A stretch of DNA of 64,000 nt, from positions 14,146,698 to 14,210,697 of the forward strand of contig OZ037765.1 in assembly GCA_964035545.1 (NCBI GenBank), written 5' to 3'. The notes beneath the pieces were generated by a model. That model searched no databases, was not told the DNA's origin, and saw only the letters and a program-made list of their open reading frames with translations. The stretch is from Bugula neritina (taxonomy: Eukaryota; Animalia; Bryozoa). Positions 48,803 through 62,000 of this stretch are shown here, piece by piece (position 1 is the stretch's first letter; every line of letters begins with the position of its first letter). Both the position numbers and the translations under genes were made by a program.

Positions 48803-51800
48803 ATGAAGAGGATTTGTCACTTCATTCACATTTCCATTTTATTATTTGCGTTGTTGAGAGACAGTTATGCTAGAAGAAGAGATAGCACCAGAGATACTGA
48901 TGTGCTTAGTTATGAGCAATCACCTGAGTTCACAGCAGCTTATCGGCGTGCTGCCGTCATGGTTAATAGGAATGTCATACCAGCCAATGACTGCTATTCC
49001 TTAGATGGTAATGCTAAGAAATGTGTTGTCTCCGAATTCGGAAATATTGCAACAAAGAAGAAAGTGGAAGCTTCAACTACTTGTGGCACACCACCAAACA
49101 GGTATTGCAATCGAGTGGCCAGCCCAATAGGTGGAGAAATGAGGCAATGCTACATCTGCGATGCCAACCATATTGAGCGCATGAATCCAGCCAGTTACCT
49201 AATTGACTCTAAACAGAAATCTTGTTGGGTATCTCAAACATTCAACGATTCCTCCGCTCATAACGAAGCCATGATTCATATTTCTCTTGAAAAGAAGTAC
49301 GAGCTGACCTACATCATGTTGCAATTTTGTAACAAGTTACCAGAGTCTATGGCACTGTATAAGAGTACAGACTTTGGGAGGAAATGGGTTCCATTGCAAT
49401 TTTACTCCTCACAATGCCAAGAAATGTACAATGTTGAAGAAAATGGAGTGATTACTAGACAAAATGAGCAGGCTGCAATATGTAAAAATATTTACACTTC
49501 AGCAGATCCTTACACCAACACTAGAATAGCATTCTCGTTGGTTGAAGGACGACCTTCAGCCCACAATCTTGAAAATAGCGCTGTTCTTAGAGACTGGGTC
49601 ACAGTAACTAACATCAAAGTTGTATTTAACCGGTTTAGCTCACCAACTGAGTCCAAGACACAAACAGAAGACAACTACTACTCGTTATCTGAATTAACTC
49701 TTGGTGGGAGATGTAAGTGTAACGGACATGCTAGTAAGTGCACTACAGATGGAACTGGTAACACCAAATGTGAATGTCAGCATAACACAGCTGGTGCTGA
49801 TTGTGACAGATGTAAAGATTTCTACTTTGATCGGCCTTGGAAACTCGCAACAGAGGAAAATGCCAATGAATGCATAGGTATGTGATAGCAAACTATATTC
49901 ATGTTTGAATGTTTTCTGCAAAATATATTTATAGTTCTTTTTTGGCACTAAACAATTTGAAAAATCGTAAAAACCATTATCTAAGATTTTTGCTAGCCTC
50001 ATGTTCAGATTTATTTCTGTTAGTAATATTTGCATTAAAGATATAACTGGTGTGCTGAAAATGAAAATCTTTGCTTTCATTGACACAAAAATTAGTCTTG
50101 ACTATCGTTACCAAATTTGATAATGACTTTCACTGCAATTCTGGTTAACAATATAGAAAAATGTTAGAAAAAATTCTAAAGAAATGGTTTGCCCAAAAAA
50201 TATACTGGGCATTAACTGCAGCTGACTTTCATTCCAACTGTAGCAGTCTACATTTGAATAGAATATTATGACGGTTAGCTGGTTTAGAGCAATCTACTGT
50301 ATTGCATTTAGTTCCACTTGACGAGGTGTGAAAAGTAGATACTTGAGCTATTTTAATTGAACCACAGATGATTGGTTTGTGGTGTTGTTGAAAAGTGAAA
50401 ATAATCTTTACAGAAAATTCATGTGAATTGCTTAATTATGTGGTTAAAAAAGCAAACAGTATTTGGCCTAAACACTTTTGTTTTACCATTGCCATGAATT
50501 TGGTTCAACTACCATTAACCAAGCCAAACAAATTAGGCTATTAATTAGACTGCAAAAGTAGAAGTGATCAGGTGTTATATTTATACACTAATTGGTGCAC
50601 GCTTCAATTGTTTAGCCCAAATTATTCAGTAATAGAAACAAACTTTATTGTTGTCATCTATTTGTTTTGGTAAAAAAATATTACTGTATTGTTACGCCCT
50701 TCCCAATAGAATGGACAATGCAAATAGTGAGAAACAAAGCTTGGACACTCTACAAGGATTGTTGGCGCTACCTGCACTAATGAACATTTAGGCTGTAACA
50801 CTTGAGGCTTTATGCAAAGAAAAGCAAATTGAAATTGTTAAACGTTGAATGACTTGCTCTGTGTTTTCAGGGTAAAACATTTTGAAATTCTATGTTGAAA
50901 ATAGAATAGCCCTATGCTAATTATATTGTGAGAGTAGCACCTTTAAATTTAGTAAAAAGATACAATTTTTATATTCATTTGTAAAAAGAAGTGCTTGGAG
51001 AGAAATAAGGATTGTACTAATCATCTTACGCAGCAATTTACTATCATGTTGCAGTCAACCACTTATAAAATATAAAAAAAAATATAATAGCATACAAATC
51101 CTTTATGGGATGAAACAGGTTTATAATGGCCTAAGGCATGGCATACTTATCAAATGCATCTCTTTTGCAGCCTGCCGTTGCAACCTTCACTCCAGCAGGT
51201 GCATTTTTAGCAGCAGTTTGTATGAGCAATCTGGTAAAAACTCTGGTGGAGTATGTATTAACTGCAGACATAACACAGCAGGCGTACATTGCCAGAATTG
51301 CAAGGAGGGTTTCTACAGAGACTCTAATGTCCCAATGAGTCATCGGCATGCATGCAAAGGTAAGACTGAGTGTTTACATTTTATTCTCTGTAATTCTGAT
51401 TACAAAATTTAATTTTTGCAGCATGCCATTGTAACCTACATTCGAAGAGATGTGCATTCAGTAATGATCTGTACATGCTCTCTGGAAAGCTATCTGGGGG
51501 AGTGTGTATCAAATGCAGACATAATACTGCTGGTAATAAGTGCCAGTACTGCAAAGAGGGATACTACAGAGATGTAACTAAAGCAATCTCCCATAAGAAA
51601 GTGTGTAAAGGTAAACATAATGACAAGCTGAGGTGAAGGTCATTGCCAAGTAAATCCCAACCCACTCTAACACTTTTAAAATCTTGCTTCTGGCTTTGGT
51701 TTTTCAAAAGAAGTTATATAACCAATCAATCTCTGCTCTTTATAACCGTGAACATGTTTTGCAAAATGTATCATGCAAGAGTAACTCGTGGTAAGCTTCC

Positions 51801-54390
51801 CTGCTCCTGGTAAGCTTCCCTGCTTGTGATAAGCTTCCCTGCTTGTGGTGAGCTTCCCTGCTCGCTAAAGCTAAATCCCAAATATAAAGTATATCTATAT
51901 ATAGAAAACCTTTTGAAGACATTGTTGCTTAAAAACATAGGTCGCAAAGAATTTATGAAAGAGTTTAATACTTTTGAATTGCTTGGGCAATAAAGAAGAA
52001 AAAATAATACAATTCATATAATTATTGTTACTAGACTACATGCTTTTGTGTGGGGATAATTTAGTTACGAGCAACCTTCAAATCTGACATGTTTCATGCA
52101 CCTAGTGAATTTTTAAAAGAATTTGTGTCTTGCTTCAAGTGGAAGGAACTGCCTATACAGCTATAATAGGAACAAGTGTCCATACTCTTATATACTTCAT
52201 CTGCCATGTTTGCTGAAACATTTTTTTGCCTCAAGCAATCCTTTTGATTAAATTACTTCATATCTCAAGCACTCTTCTTTTGATTGAATAGGTTAAAAGA
52301 ATTTTCTCACATATTTACAAGTCAATGAATCCTTATCAACTTTCCTTTATTTACCAAGTGTCTTGGTGGTTTGTTGGCAAACAATAGATATATTGCTATT
52401 TCACAAGTTGGTCTCTGGTATTTGATAGGTTTTGAATTAAAATAAATTGCAAGGTTATGCAATGTAGAAATGATTTTGTTCTGTTTTAATTTAGCAGTGC
52501 AATGATTAAAATGATTTTTGCATACTATTAGTAAATACTTTTTATTTTCAAGCTTCATCTATATTTTAGAGTGCAAGTGCCACCCATATGGGTCAAAGAA
52601 CAAAGTATGCGGTGATAATGGCCAGTGTCAGTGTAAGGAAGGAGTAACCGGACAAAAGTGTGATAGATGTAAGCCTGGATTCTCCATGACTAAAGTGATT
52701 ACATCACCTTGTCAAAGTAAGTTTCCAACTTCAAAATAATGGGAAAATTGCAAATTTGATTTATTATTATAATTTGAATTACAATTACTTAATTCATAAG
52801 CACACACTCTTTTAGTTTATATGAAAAAAGTCTCAGGGAATGTTTAAAAATAAACTTTCGCAATGATTTTGTACAAACTTCGTTTATTGGTCCCAGCTTC
52901 ACGTATATACTGTAAGTTAAATTACATAAGCCTTCTCCTCATCAGAGCAAAAATTTATTTGTAACTTTGCCAAAAAGTGGCTCTGAATAATTATAGATGG
53001 CTGCAACAACTGACTAATTCTGTTGAGAGAAACAGCTCACATTGGAAATATTAAATGTATAATAATAAATAATAAACATACCTACATTAGTTTCACAAAA
53101 AACAATGTAATAAACTTACTTTAATAAGCCTCACACTAAAATTATTCATTTAGTAATTATTACTTCCAACTACAATTTCTAGCACTGTAGAATTGTGCTC
53201 ATTAGTAAATTATATATTCAAATTACAATTATCATTCTACTATAAAAACAGACAACAATTATTATATATCAGTAAAACTATTAAAAATAGCTGCAGCCAA
53301 ATAATTAAACAAATAGCCGTGATCCAAAGACTGTGTTTATTACATTACTGAGGTCTATTGTATGCAATAGTGCTTGGCTAACTTATTAGTATAAAATTAT
53401 TTGTGATGAAATATCATCTTTGTCATACAGTTACACACATTATTTCAAACATTTTATGACTGATGTGTACAGGCCAATTGTTGTAGTACACTTTCATGAA
53501 TTACATGAAAAGCAGTATAGAATGTTGTTTTGGTGTGTGCAACAATAAAGCAGGCCATTAGACAGTATAAACATAGGCTAATGAGCCATTTCCCAGCAAA
53601 CATAATGGAAATCGAAAGTTAAATTGATAGCTCATAAACTATCACTATTACAATAGGACGTAAAATACAAATAATTTTATTTCAGGAAATCCCATGACTG
53701 TGCGCCAGATTTCTGAACCAGATGTGAAAGATGTGCAGCCATGTGGTAGTTGTAGAACTGAATCTACCAAACTAGACCTGAGGAAATATTGTAACAGTGT
53801 GTTTGGTAAGATACAGGCTATATTTAGATATTCTGTAGTCATATATGTCGGTTGTTATGGTTGTGTCTACCTCCCTCAGAAATTTCAGAAAGTTTTACAT
53901 ACCAATACTGAAATAAAATGGCAATCAATCTTAATATTATTTCATTTAGTACTGGTCTATGAATAGGCCGTAGCTATTTATGCAGACAAGTCTGCTTCAA
54001 TTTTAATTTTCCTTCCTTTGTAATCTATTTGCAGCCATTAACGCAAAGGTTCAAAACAGAGAGACCGTGGGGAAGGGATGGGTGAGATTTGCCATTCAAA
54101 TACTATATGTGTACAAAAAGGGTTTGAGAGTGCAGTCTAAAAGAGCCAGGCGCGACACAAAATATATATACGTATTAGAAGGTGACTTGCATTGCAAGTG
54201 CCCCAAGCTGAGAGTAGACAAGACTTACATTATGATTGGCTTTAATGAGAGTCAAGGTCAGGATGGCCTGCTTCTAGACCGAGAGTCGGTAGTAGTAAGA
54301 TATAATACTGACTATGACAAAAGAGTCAAGTATTATAAAAAGCAAGACCGAAAACAAAACTGTGTGAACCAAAAGAGGTCTCTGCGATAG
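48803..54390 (+). CDS. NTN1: Netrin (netrin-1/UNC-6 family): signal peptide, laminin N-terminal domain, LE repeats, NTR/C345C domain
   Basis: Exons 48803-49877 (LN + LE1), 51171-51359 (LE2a), 51422-51610 (LE2b), 52570-52716 (LE3), 53686-53805 and 54035-54390 (NTR); all introns phase 1. Motifs [61 protein letters not shown]. 628 aa with one LE2 exon, 691 aa with both. Confidence 0.95.
51171..51359 (+). CDS. Netrin LE2 (V-2) exon copy A
   Basis: 189 nt, phase 1-1, [41 protein letters not shown]. Confidence 0.9.
51422..51610 (+). CDS. Netrin LE2 (V-2) exon copy B (not in the ORF track)
   Basis: 189 nt, phase 1-1, TTTTTGCAG acceptor, GTAAAC donor, [41 protein letters not shown]. Confidence 0.9.
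51787..51862. repeat. ~19-bp tandem repeat (GTGGTAAGCTTCCCTGCT x4)
   Basis: Visible tandem units ~180 nt downstream of LE2b. Confidence 0.85.
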
Positions 54391-57300
54391 TTGTTTAAGA
54401 TTGCTTTTACAAAGTTGGTGTATAAAATAGTCATGATATCTCATTATGAATTATCATCTGTGTGTTGAATGGCTTGATCCAATCATCACTAATCCACGCT
54501 GTTTTACTTTGACATATATTTCACTAGTGTTAGATGGCAACGACAGTGATGAGACATGCTATAGCTTTATTCTGTTAAAATTATTTCCACTGTATTGTCT
54601 GAAAATATTTATTTTTGCAAACATTGAGTATACTGTCATTACTGTTTTCATTGCTATAAACTAGTATTTCCACAATGATTTAACCTTTTTAAGTAATCAT
54701 AATTGTTTATATTACATTATATGCACATTTATATCATGCACAAAAGGTATAATATAAGAATATAGCGCTGTGGTAATGTTATGATTTATGTACGTATATT
54801 GAATTCATAACCAAATATTGTGCTTAAAAACCAAAGATGTTAAACTGAGACATATTCGAAAGGTCATTCGAGTTTCTTAAAAGCTCTTTTTATGTTATGA
54901 ATAGTTATAATATATAGTCCACCTGTGCTGTCTTAACAGTATATAATATTTATAAATTATTTTACAAAAATATGTTATTTAATAAAAAAACCATGATGTA
55001 ACATAAATTCAAATAAGATTTTAGTGATATAAATTTGTACAGATTAATAAACTATTTCAAGAGGTGCAGTAAGTTGTTGGGTGGCTATGTGTAGTCTATT
55101 AGAGATGGTATTATGCAGCTGCATAGAGAAGCAGACTCCCATCCGACCTTCATGGATGTAGAGGCAGCCAGAGCTGAACTTGCCACCTACAATCAGCAAA
55201 CACTATTAAAATTATAAATATTTCTTTCTGCACCTCATTGACTAAATGTTAAGTTGTTGATAGTTTTACTGCCAGCAGTTCACATTTTAAACAAAGTACT
55301 TGAGCTTTCAGCAAAACACACACAGTGTCTGCACTTACACTCTCTTGTAATCATTCCATTAGGCAAAATACACACGTGCGCTAAAAGCTTTACACACCTG
55401 GGTTCAAATTATTCCTTATTGTATAAAGTTTAAAGAGGTGTATTATATATACACACACCGAAATCAAACACTGCACCAAAGCAGATAACAGCTCAGTAGC
55501 TGAAACATTAAACCACCTAAATTCATTATTGATCTTCTATTCTACAGCAGCAAAGGCAAATATCTACAGTGGGGCAATTGCCCTTGTTGAACTGATTCAC
55601 TTTTTCTGGCAATTAGATAATTGAAACAAATACACAAGCAGAGTTATTGTATTTTGTTCAATTAGATAAAACGAATGATTACTAAGAAGACATGAGGCAT
55701 GGAAAATAACATCAACAATACATGAATTGTCTCAATCAATGAATGAACAAGAATGAGCACAAGAAGCCATAGCATAGTGCTAGTCAGGTTGTTGAGGAGA
55801 CAATGACTGTTAATTGCAGTCTGATACTTCTGCCAGGTCTTCATTCACCAAACATCATGTTAACTAAACATCAAACTTTACTACCCGAACTGGCTAATAT
55901 TCTTCATAACAATTAAATTGTAAAACATGGCAATTAGATTAATGGAGAAAGGACATAACTCTAGTAACTGACTTATTAATGAAGCATCTGCAGCATAACT
56001 AACTGACAATGGGCATATGTGATCACTTTATAAGGGGTTTACACAAATTTATAACTAATGGCCAGTCTATGACAGATCTGACTCAAGATGGCACCAGGCT
56101 TTGGTGAGAGATATATAATTAGAGCATTGATAGTGCCGAACCTTCTCTGCACGCTCACCTGTACTTGTACACCTCCGCATTACCCATCACTTGGTGGGAA
56201 TACACAAGACTGCTATAATTGAGAGGAATAAGAGAATGATGACAATCCACATAGCTACAAAAGATTAACACATCATCAGTAGAAATACATATATCATGTA
56301 GTCAATTATATATCAATATCGTAATACTTATTATAACTGATAAATAAATTATTTTAATAGAAGTCAATGATTCACAAAAAGGGCTCAAAATGGTTTTAAT
56401 TAACTCCTGATTTATTTCACTATACATGTATGCAGCATTCCACCTAGTCATATAATAGGATAAATACTTAGGTTTCCTCTATTCTAAAGCATACGATGCC
56501 TTGAAGTGCAAGTAATATGGAATTTAAAAACTAAACTTATTGGCTAAGCCTTGTACTGCAGTCATTGGTGGAATATAATATGCTGACAACTTCAAAAATT
56601 TATTGGGTGTCTAGTAAAAGTAATGGGGGGGGGGGGGGGGTGGGCAGTAATCATAATTTGGTGCACTGAACTGTCATTAAAACTCACAATGCTTCACCCA
56701 TAGGTGACTACTCTATGCAACCTGTAGAAATGTTCAATGTAAAAGGGCATATTGTTATACATATGGTGCTCACAGACTATTCTAAAGTCAAGCTTGCAGC
56801 AATACACACATCATTTACTGAAAGATGCTTAAATTAATAGGAATTGAAAATTCAATACAATACTGACTATCTGTTTCCTTAAGATTAAATACTTCTAGGA
56901 AAAAAATATAGAATATTATGACTAGTTTCTGCAGTCAATTTTGAAGTTTTTTGGCCAGTGGCTCATAATTTTTTGCTTGATAAAATATTTGGGTTACTAA
57001 AATGGATGATGGGCTCTAAATATTCAATCCTTTCACTCTAACTAGGTTCACTGTGACTTTGTCCCTTCTTTGAATAATGTAATGGCAAGTAGAGTAGTAC
57101 CAAAAGCATAGCTTGAAGTCCACCAACAGTGAGGTTTGGTGAGATGTGTACAGTACTTTCAGCTCTAGGGGCAGTATTGCCCCCAGAGGCACTAAGCACT
57201 AACTAGTAGTTCATTTGGATTAAAATACAATATTTAATGAAAAATATTCCAGGTAACTTCATTGCTTTGTGTTATGTTTATTCTTGCAATGCCATCACTT

Positions 57301-58197
57301 TATTTTTTTGAGATATTAATTTTCAGTCAATTTAATATAACTTTCCAATACAGCACATGTGTCTGTCTAATTGTTATGTGAATATGCATAGTTTGACTGG
57401 CGCAATCATTGTTATTCAGTAATGTGTAAAATTTTTGAGTTTGAATACAAATTTTTAAATTCAACCATGCTCATATAATTTGAGCATGATTGGTTGGAAG
57501 AAGCACATTAATAAGTTTCAACACAGTTTTAGTGCCTCTTTAGGCTATACAGTTATTATAGTCAACAGTTGTGGTGTTCCTTAAAGTTTTCATAAAACGA
57601 AGCGATGCTTTTTACCACTATATATCAATTAAAGTTATGCCTCAGCAAGTGAAAATATATAATTTAGTTATCAGGTAGTCTCGAAAAGTCACTAAGCACT
57701 GGTAAATTGCTTGCTGATCCAATATTGCTTAAAATTTGCTAAGCAGTAATCAATCACTAAACTCAATTTAAAACTTGATATTTTCTAACAAAATCACCAA
57801 GTGTTGTTAATGTCACCCATTAAGACAAGGGGTAAAAGCTAGTTTAAAATTTTATGCAACAGTAGACATATTGAAGCTACAGCAATTAGCTGGATGCCAA
57901 AGGCTAAGGATTGTTATTTTCTGCTCCACTGTGGTTAGCTAAGAAATTACGATATAGGCCCGAAGCAAACAGTCATTATATCAAATATAGGATGTGTTAT
58001 TTATAACCTGCATGGATGTATTATAAATATATGTGATTATTGAAATACAGAAGTGAAATTGAGGAGTATTTTATTGCTGCAAGTTTCATGCGTCCATTAC
58101 ACACAACCATCAAATAACAAATAAATTCTCACGGAACTAATGAGCTGTTACAACAAATTCAATTGGGATATTTCAACAATTTCAAACAGCAATATAT

Positions 58198-58256
58198 ACA
58201 TGTGTATATATAATGTATATATATAAATAAATATATATATATATATATATATATAT
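58198..58256. repeat. (AT)n microsatellite
   Basis: Directly visible. Confidence 0.9.
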
Positions 58257-59058
58257 CCAACAAGGTACAAGCAAAACCTGCTCTCGGTGAAAGTAAAGTT
58301 TTATGAATATTTTTTCAAGAAATAGTTCAAAGTAACTGGTGAAAAACTAAAACCCAACATATTATGGTCGTTCTAGACCAGTCCAATCAACTATTCTCAT
58401 GCTTTAGAAATGCTTTAAAAACTAATTCACCTGCATTAAAAGTGAATAAAGTAAAAATATTAAGTCAATACATTGAAGGGCAGTGGAATGTTTCTATTTA
58501 CCATGTCAAATTACATATTTTAAACCTATCATCGTAAATGCTTGGAGAACTAGAATAGTAGTACCCAGTAATATAATATACAAATGATACACGTCCTTTC
58601 TAAAAAAACAAAGGGTTAAAATTTAGAGAAGACAAAATAGAAACTGGCTTATGCGGTGCTTCTATATTTATTTCCAACCAAAATTAGAGTTTGCCAATAC
58701 ATGACTGTAGCAAAATATTAGATTATTTATTGCAGCTAACCAGAACATTTCTTAACTGCCCCAGGTTTCACTTGTCTACAGCATATTGATTTTAACATGC
58801 AAGTCTTAGGTCATGCAGTCTGTAAAAGAAAAACTACGATTAAGTAATGCAGGGCCTGAGGCTGCTTAAGGACTGTCAGTTTACACAATCAACCGTGTCT
58901 GAGTTGGACAGGAGTATTATGAGATCATGTAGAATCAGCTCAGCTATTATGTTATTCACAATATTGGATCTTTTAGACAATCTCCATAGTATATGCACAG
59001 GGAGCTACATGTGAGAACATAGTTGAATCATGGTTGCTTGGTAAGATACAGCCTCCCA

Positions 59059-62000
59059 TCATTCTCCTAGGTTACCAACCATGTCATAATAATTGATAGT
59101 TGTACAACTATTTAAAAAATGCTGCAGTATTTCCCTCCAAAACAATTCTGAAACATTAATATTTTTTGGCAGTTCGGCATTATTGTAAACATGACAAGAA
59201 CAGCAAAATAGTAATAATAATATGATCAAGGCAAACCACCACCTGCATCTTGTTGTCACATATTCTAGGCTTTGCCTATTGGAGATGCCAGACAAAAATT
59301 GACAGTCATAATTTATGGTCATTAAAATAAACTTTTACTGACAAATCTGTCACAAAAAGAAGAAATTTGGTGAAAGAGAAATATTTTAGTAACGATTTAT
59401 AGTTTATATATGATCATTACACCTAGGTCCAATATAAGTTAGCCAAATAGATGGCAGAGAGTGGACTCTTCATGGCCACTAAGCAGCACAACACTAATAT
59501 TGGCATCTGCAGGTTAAATGTTTACTGGAATAATCAAAGTTAAAAACACATATTTCATAGTTTGGAACTTTTTAAATATATTCAAATGACCTTAATAAGC
59601 TGCCAGGACAATATAATTTCTAATGAACTGAATATTTAGTTTTTAAAAAACTCTTTTAGATAGTTGAAGTTTTCACTAGTTTCCATTTTAATAAGCATAT
59701 CAAAGTTACATAGATTGCTACCATCACAATTGTGAGAAATCTTCAATTTGAAGCTCTAAAAACTCTAGATTCTTGATTCATCTTACACCTGGGAGAACCA
59801 AGCAATAACGTCAAGCACATGTACAGAATTTAAAGGAGCCATGATGGTTTAGTTTAGCTATATTTTGTTATGTGACCAGAGCAGCAACTTTTACTGCAAA
59901 ACGCAGGTGATCGAATTTTGTGATCAACTGTGTCTTCATTAATTAGAAATGGTGCAATGGTGCCTTGTGACACGTTATGCTAAATAATCATTTTTCAAAA
60001 ATTATTCAATTTAAATTGGCAGAAAATTGAACAAAGAAAAACTTGCATTTGCTGCGTTGAATAATGGTGCAGTAATTAAACTGACAGATATTATTGATTA
60101 GACCAAAGTGCTCAGCCTAAATAGAAGATTCACTCATGTTACATTTTCTTCGCATGCTTCATTCAGACTTTGAATAGCTCCCAATACCCATGTGCTAAAG
60201 GTTGGAATCGAAAATAAAAAGTTGTGTAACATAGTCTCTGAAGTTATAATTAAGACAATTTATATTAATGTTTCCAATAAATACCTGAATTTTATTTATA
60301 TTCTAATCTCAATTTTCATCGAAAGATATATGAAATGTGCAAAATACAGTAACCAGTGTAAATGGTTTTTGAAGTGACTAATTCACAGGCTAAGGTTGAC
60401 ACTCTACAATTGTCATGCATATCATTCAATAAACTAACATACCACAATTCCCTCTGTTTTCCTTCAATGTTATCCTTCGGACATGTTGAGTCTCTTCCCG
60501 GACCCTAGAATCTGTTCTGTCAACATTTTCCTGTATGTCATCCAGTAGACCTAAAAATCAAACTCTAAAATAAAGACAGCTTCTCGAAATACTATATTGG
60601 CTATGGAACATAGAATGTACAGCCTCAATACCCTCACTTACTACACAGTCATCAAAATATACTATTAAGCTTTTAGCAAAACGGCTTCAGTAAATTCATT
60701 AAAGGGAAAAAAATGTTAATTGATTTGTTTAAATTGAAATAATTAGTGACATTGAAACAAGCCTGTAGATGTTTGAACATACTTGGTGTAAAGTCTGAGG
60801 CTTCCAGCAGTAAAATTAGCCTAAACATGTTATCACAAAAAAGGTTTTGTATTAATTTCATATCAATTACAGTGAAAATTCTAATAACAATCAATATGCA
60901 TTAAATTACAATTAACAACTCTCTGAAATGTTAAATGTGATTCAGCACACCATAGTTTTCTCAGTATTCGATAGACACAGGAAATTCTGTAGAATAAGAA
61001 ATTTGATGGCGTATTAATAATCAATTAGTAAATGTAAAATTGGTTTGAAAAAAGTATTGAGTATAAAAGATTGATATGTATAGCTAGAGTACCCTCTACA
61101 AAGGCATAACAAAGACATTAAAGAGAACAGCATGCCCACAGTGAGGTTTAAGCCTCTTCAGCACCAGCTAGCTAAGCAGCTGGAGTGAGCCCTGGTCCAC
61201 TACACAACCAGACTAGCACTGAGAAGAGAATATGGAATAGTGAGCTTACTAAAAGCTCATTCCTCCCTTCTCAGGACTTCAACAGGGTGCTGCGTAGTTA
61301 CATCCCCTTGTATTAAAATCTGCATGAATGTCTTTTCTATGCAGCTTCAGAGTTGTACACTTAACCAAACTGACTTTATGCAGTACAGTTCCACATATGA
61401 CGTAAATTAAGATAGTTAGCAAACACTATGATTGGTAAGATGGTCTAGAGATTTCAAGGAAATGTTATAGCTTTGCTTACTTGTTTTTGTTTGTTGTTGT
61501 TTAAGAAAACTTACAGAAACTCTTTTCCATGCGTCTATTAGACCATAGGTTATACAAACTTGTAATAGCATGTTCTATTATTATAACTGTAATAATTGAG
61601 ATCAGAAATATAATTGTTATCAGTCATCATTAGTTCCTGTAGTCGAGTGTTAAATAATGGCTCTTCTAATTTCTATTTCCAAAAAAACGAGCTTTTAAAT
61701 GTGACTTGTTTTGATACTGTAGCCAATATCATCATTAGATAAATATATAATAATGTAATGCCGATTAGAATATAACTATGAATACTGATATTGATCAGTT
61801 TCAACTTGACCTTGAAATAAACATGAGTAAAAATTCAAGCCACATGTTTTTAGTTTTATATTTATATTGCTTTGCTATAAAAATTCCTTGGAATTAGATG
61901 CAAGATGGGAATTATAATTTTGGCTGTATAATTTTAACTCGACATAAAACTTCCTGGACCTATTAACGATGAACACTATTAGAGGTACTTGTTAGGGTTA

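Noticed and set aside
54130-54165. Integrin-binding RGD in the netrin NTR domain
   Set aside because: The sequence reads ARRDTK; no RGD is present.
56626-56645. Poly-G run as a functional G-quadruplex
   Set aside because: An isolated homopolymer with no supporting context; its length is unreliable in assemblies.
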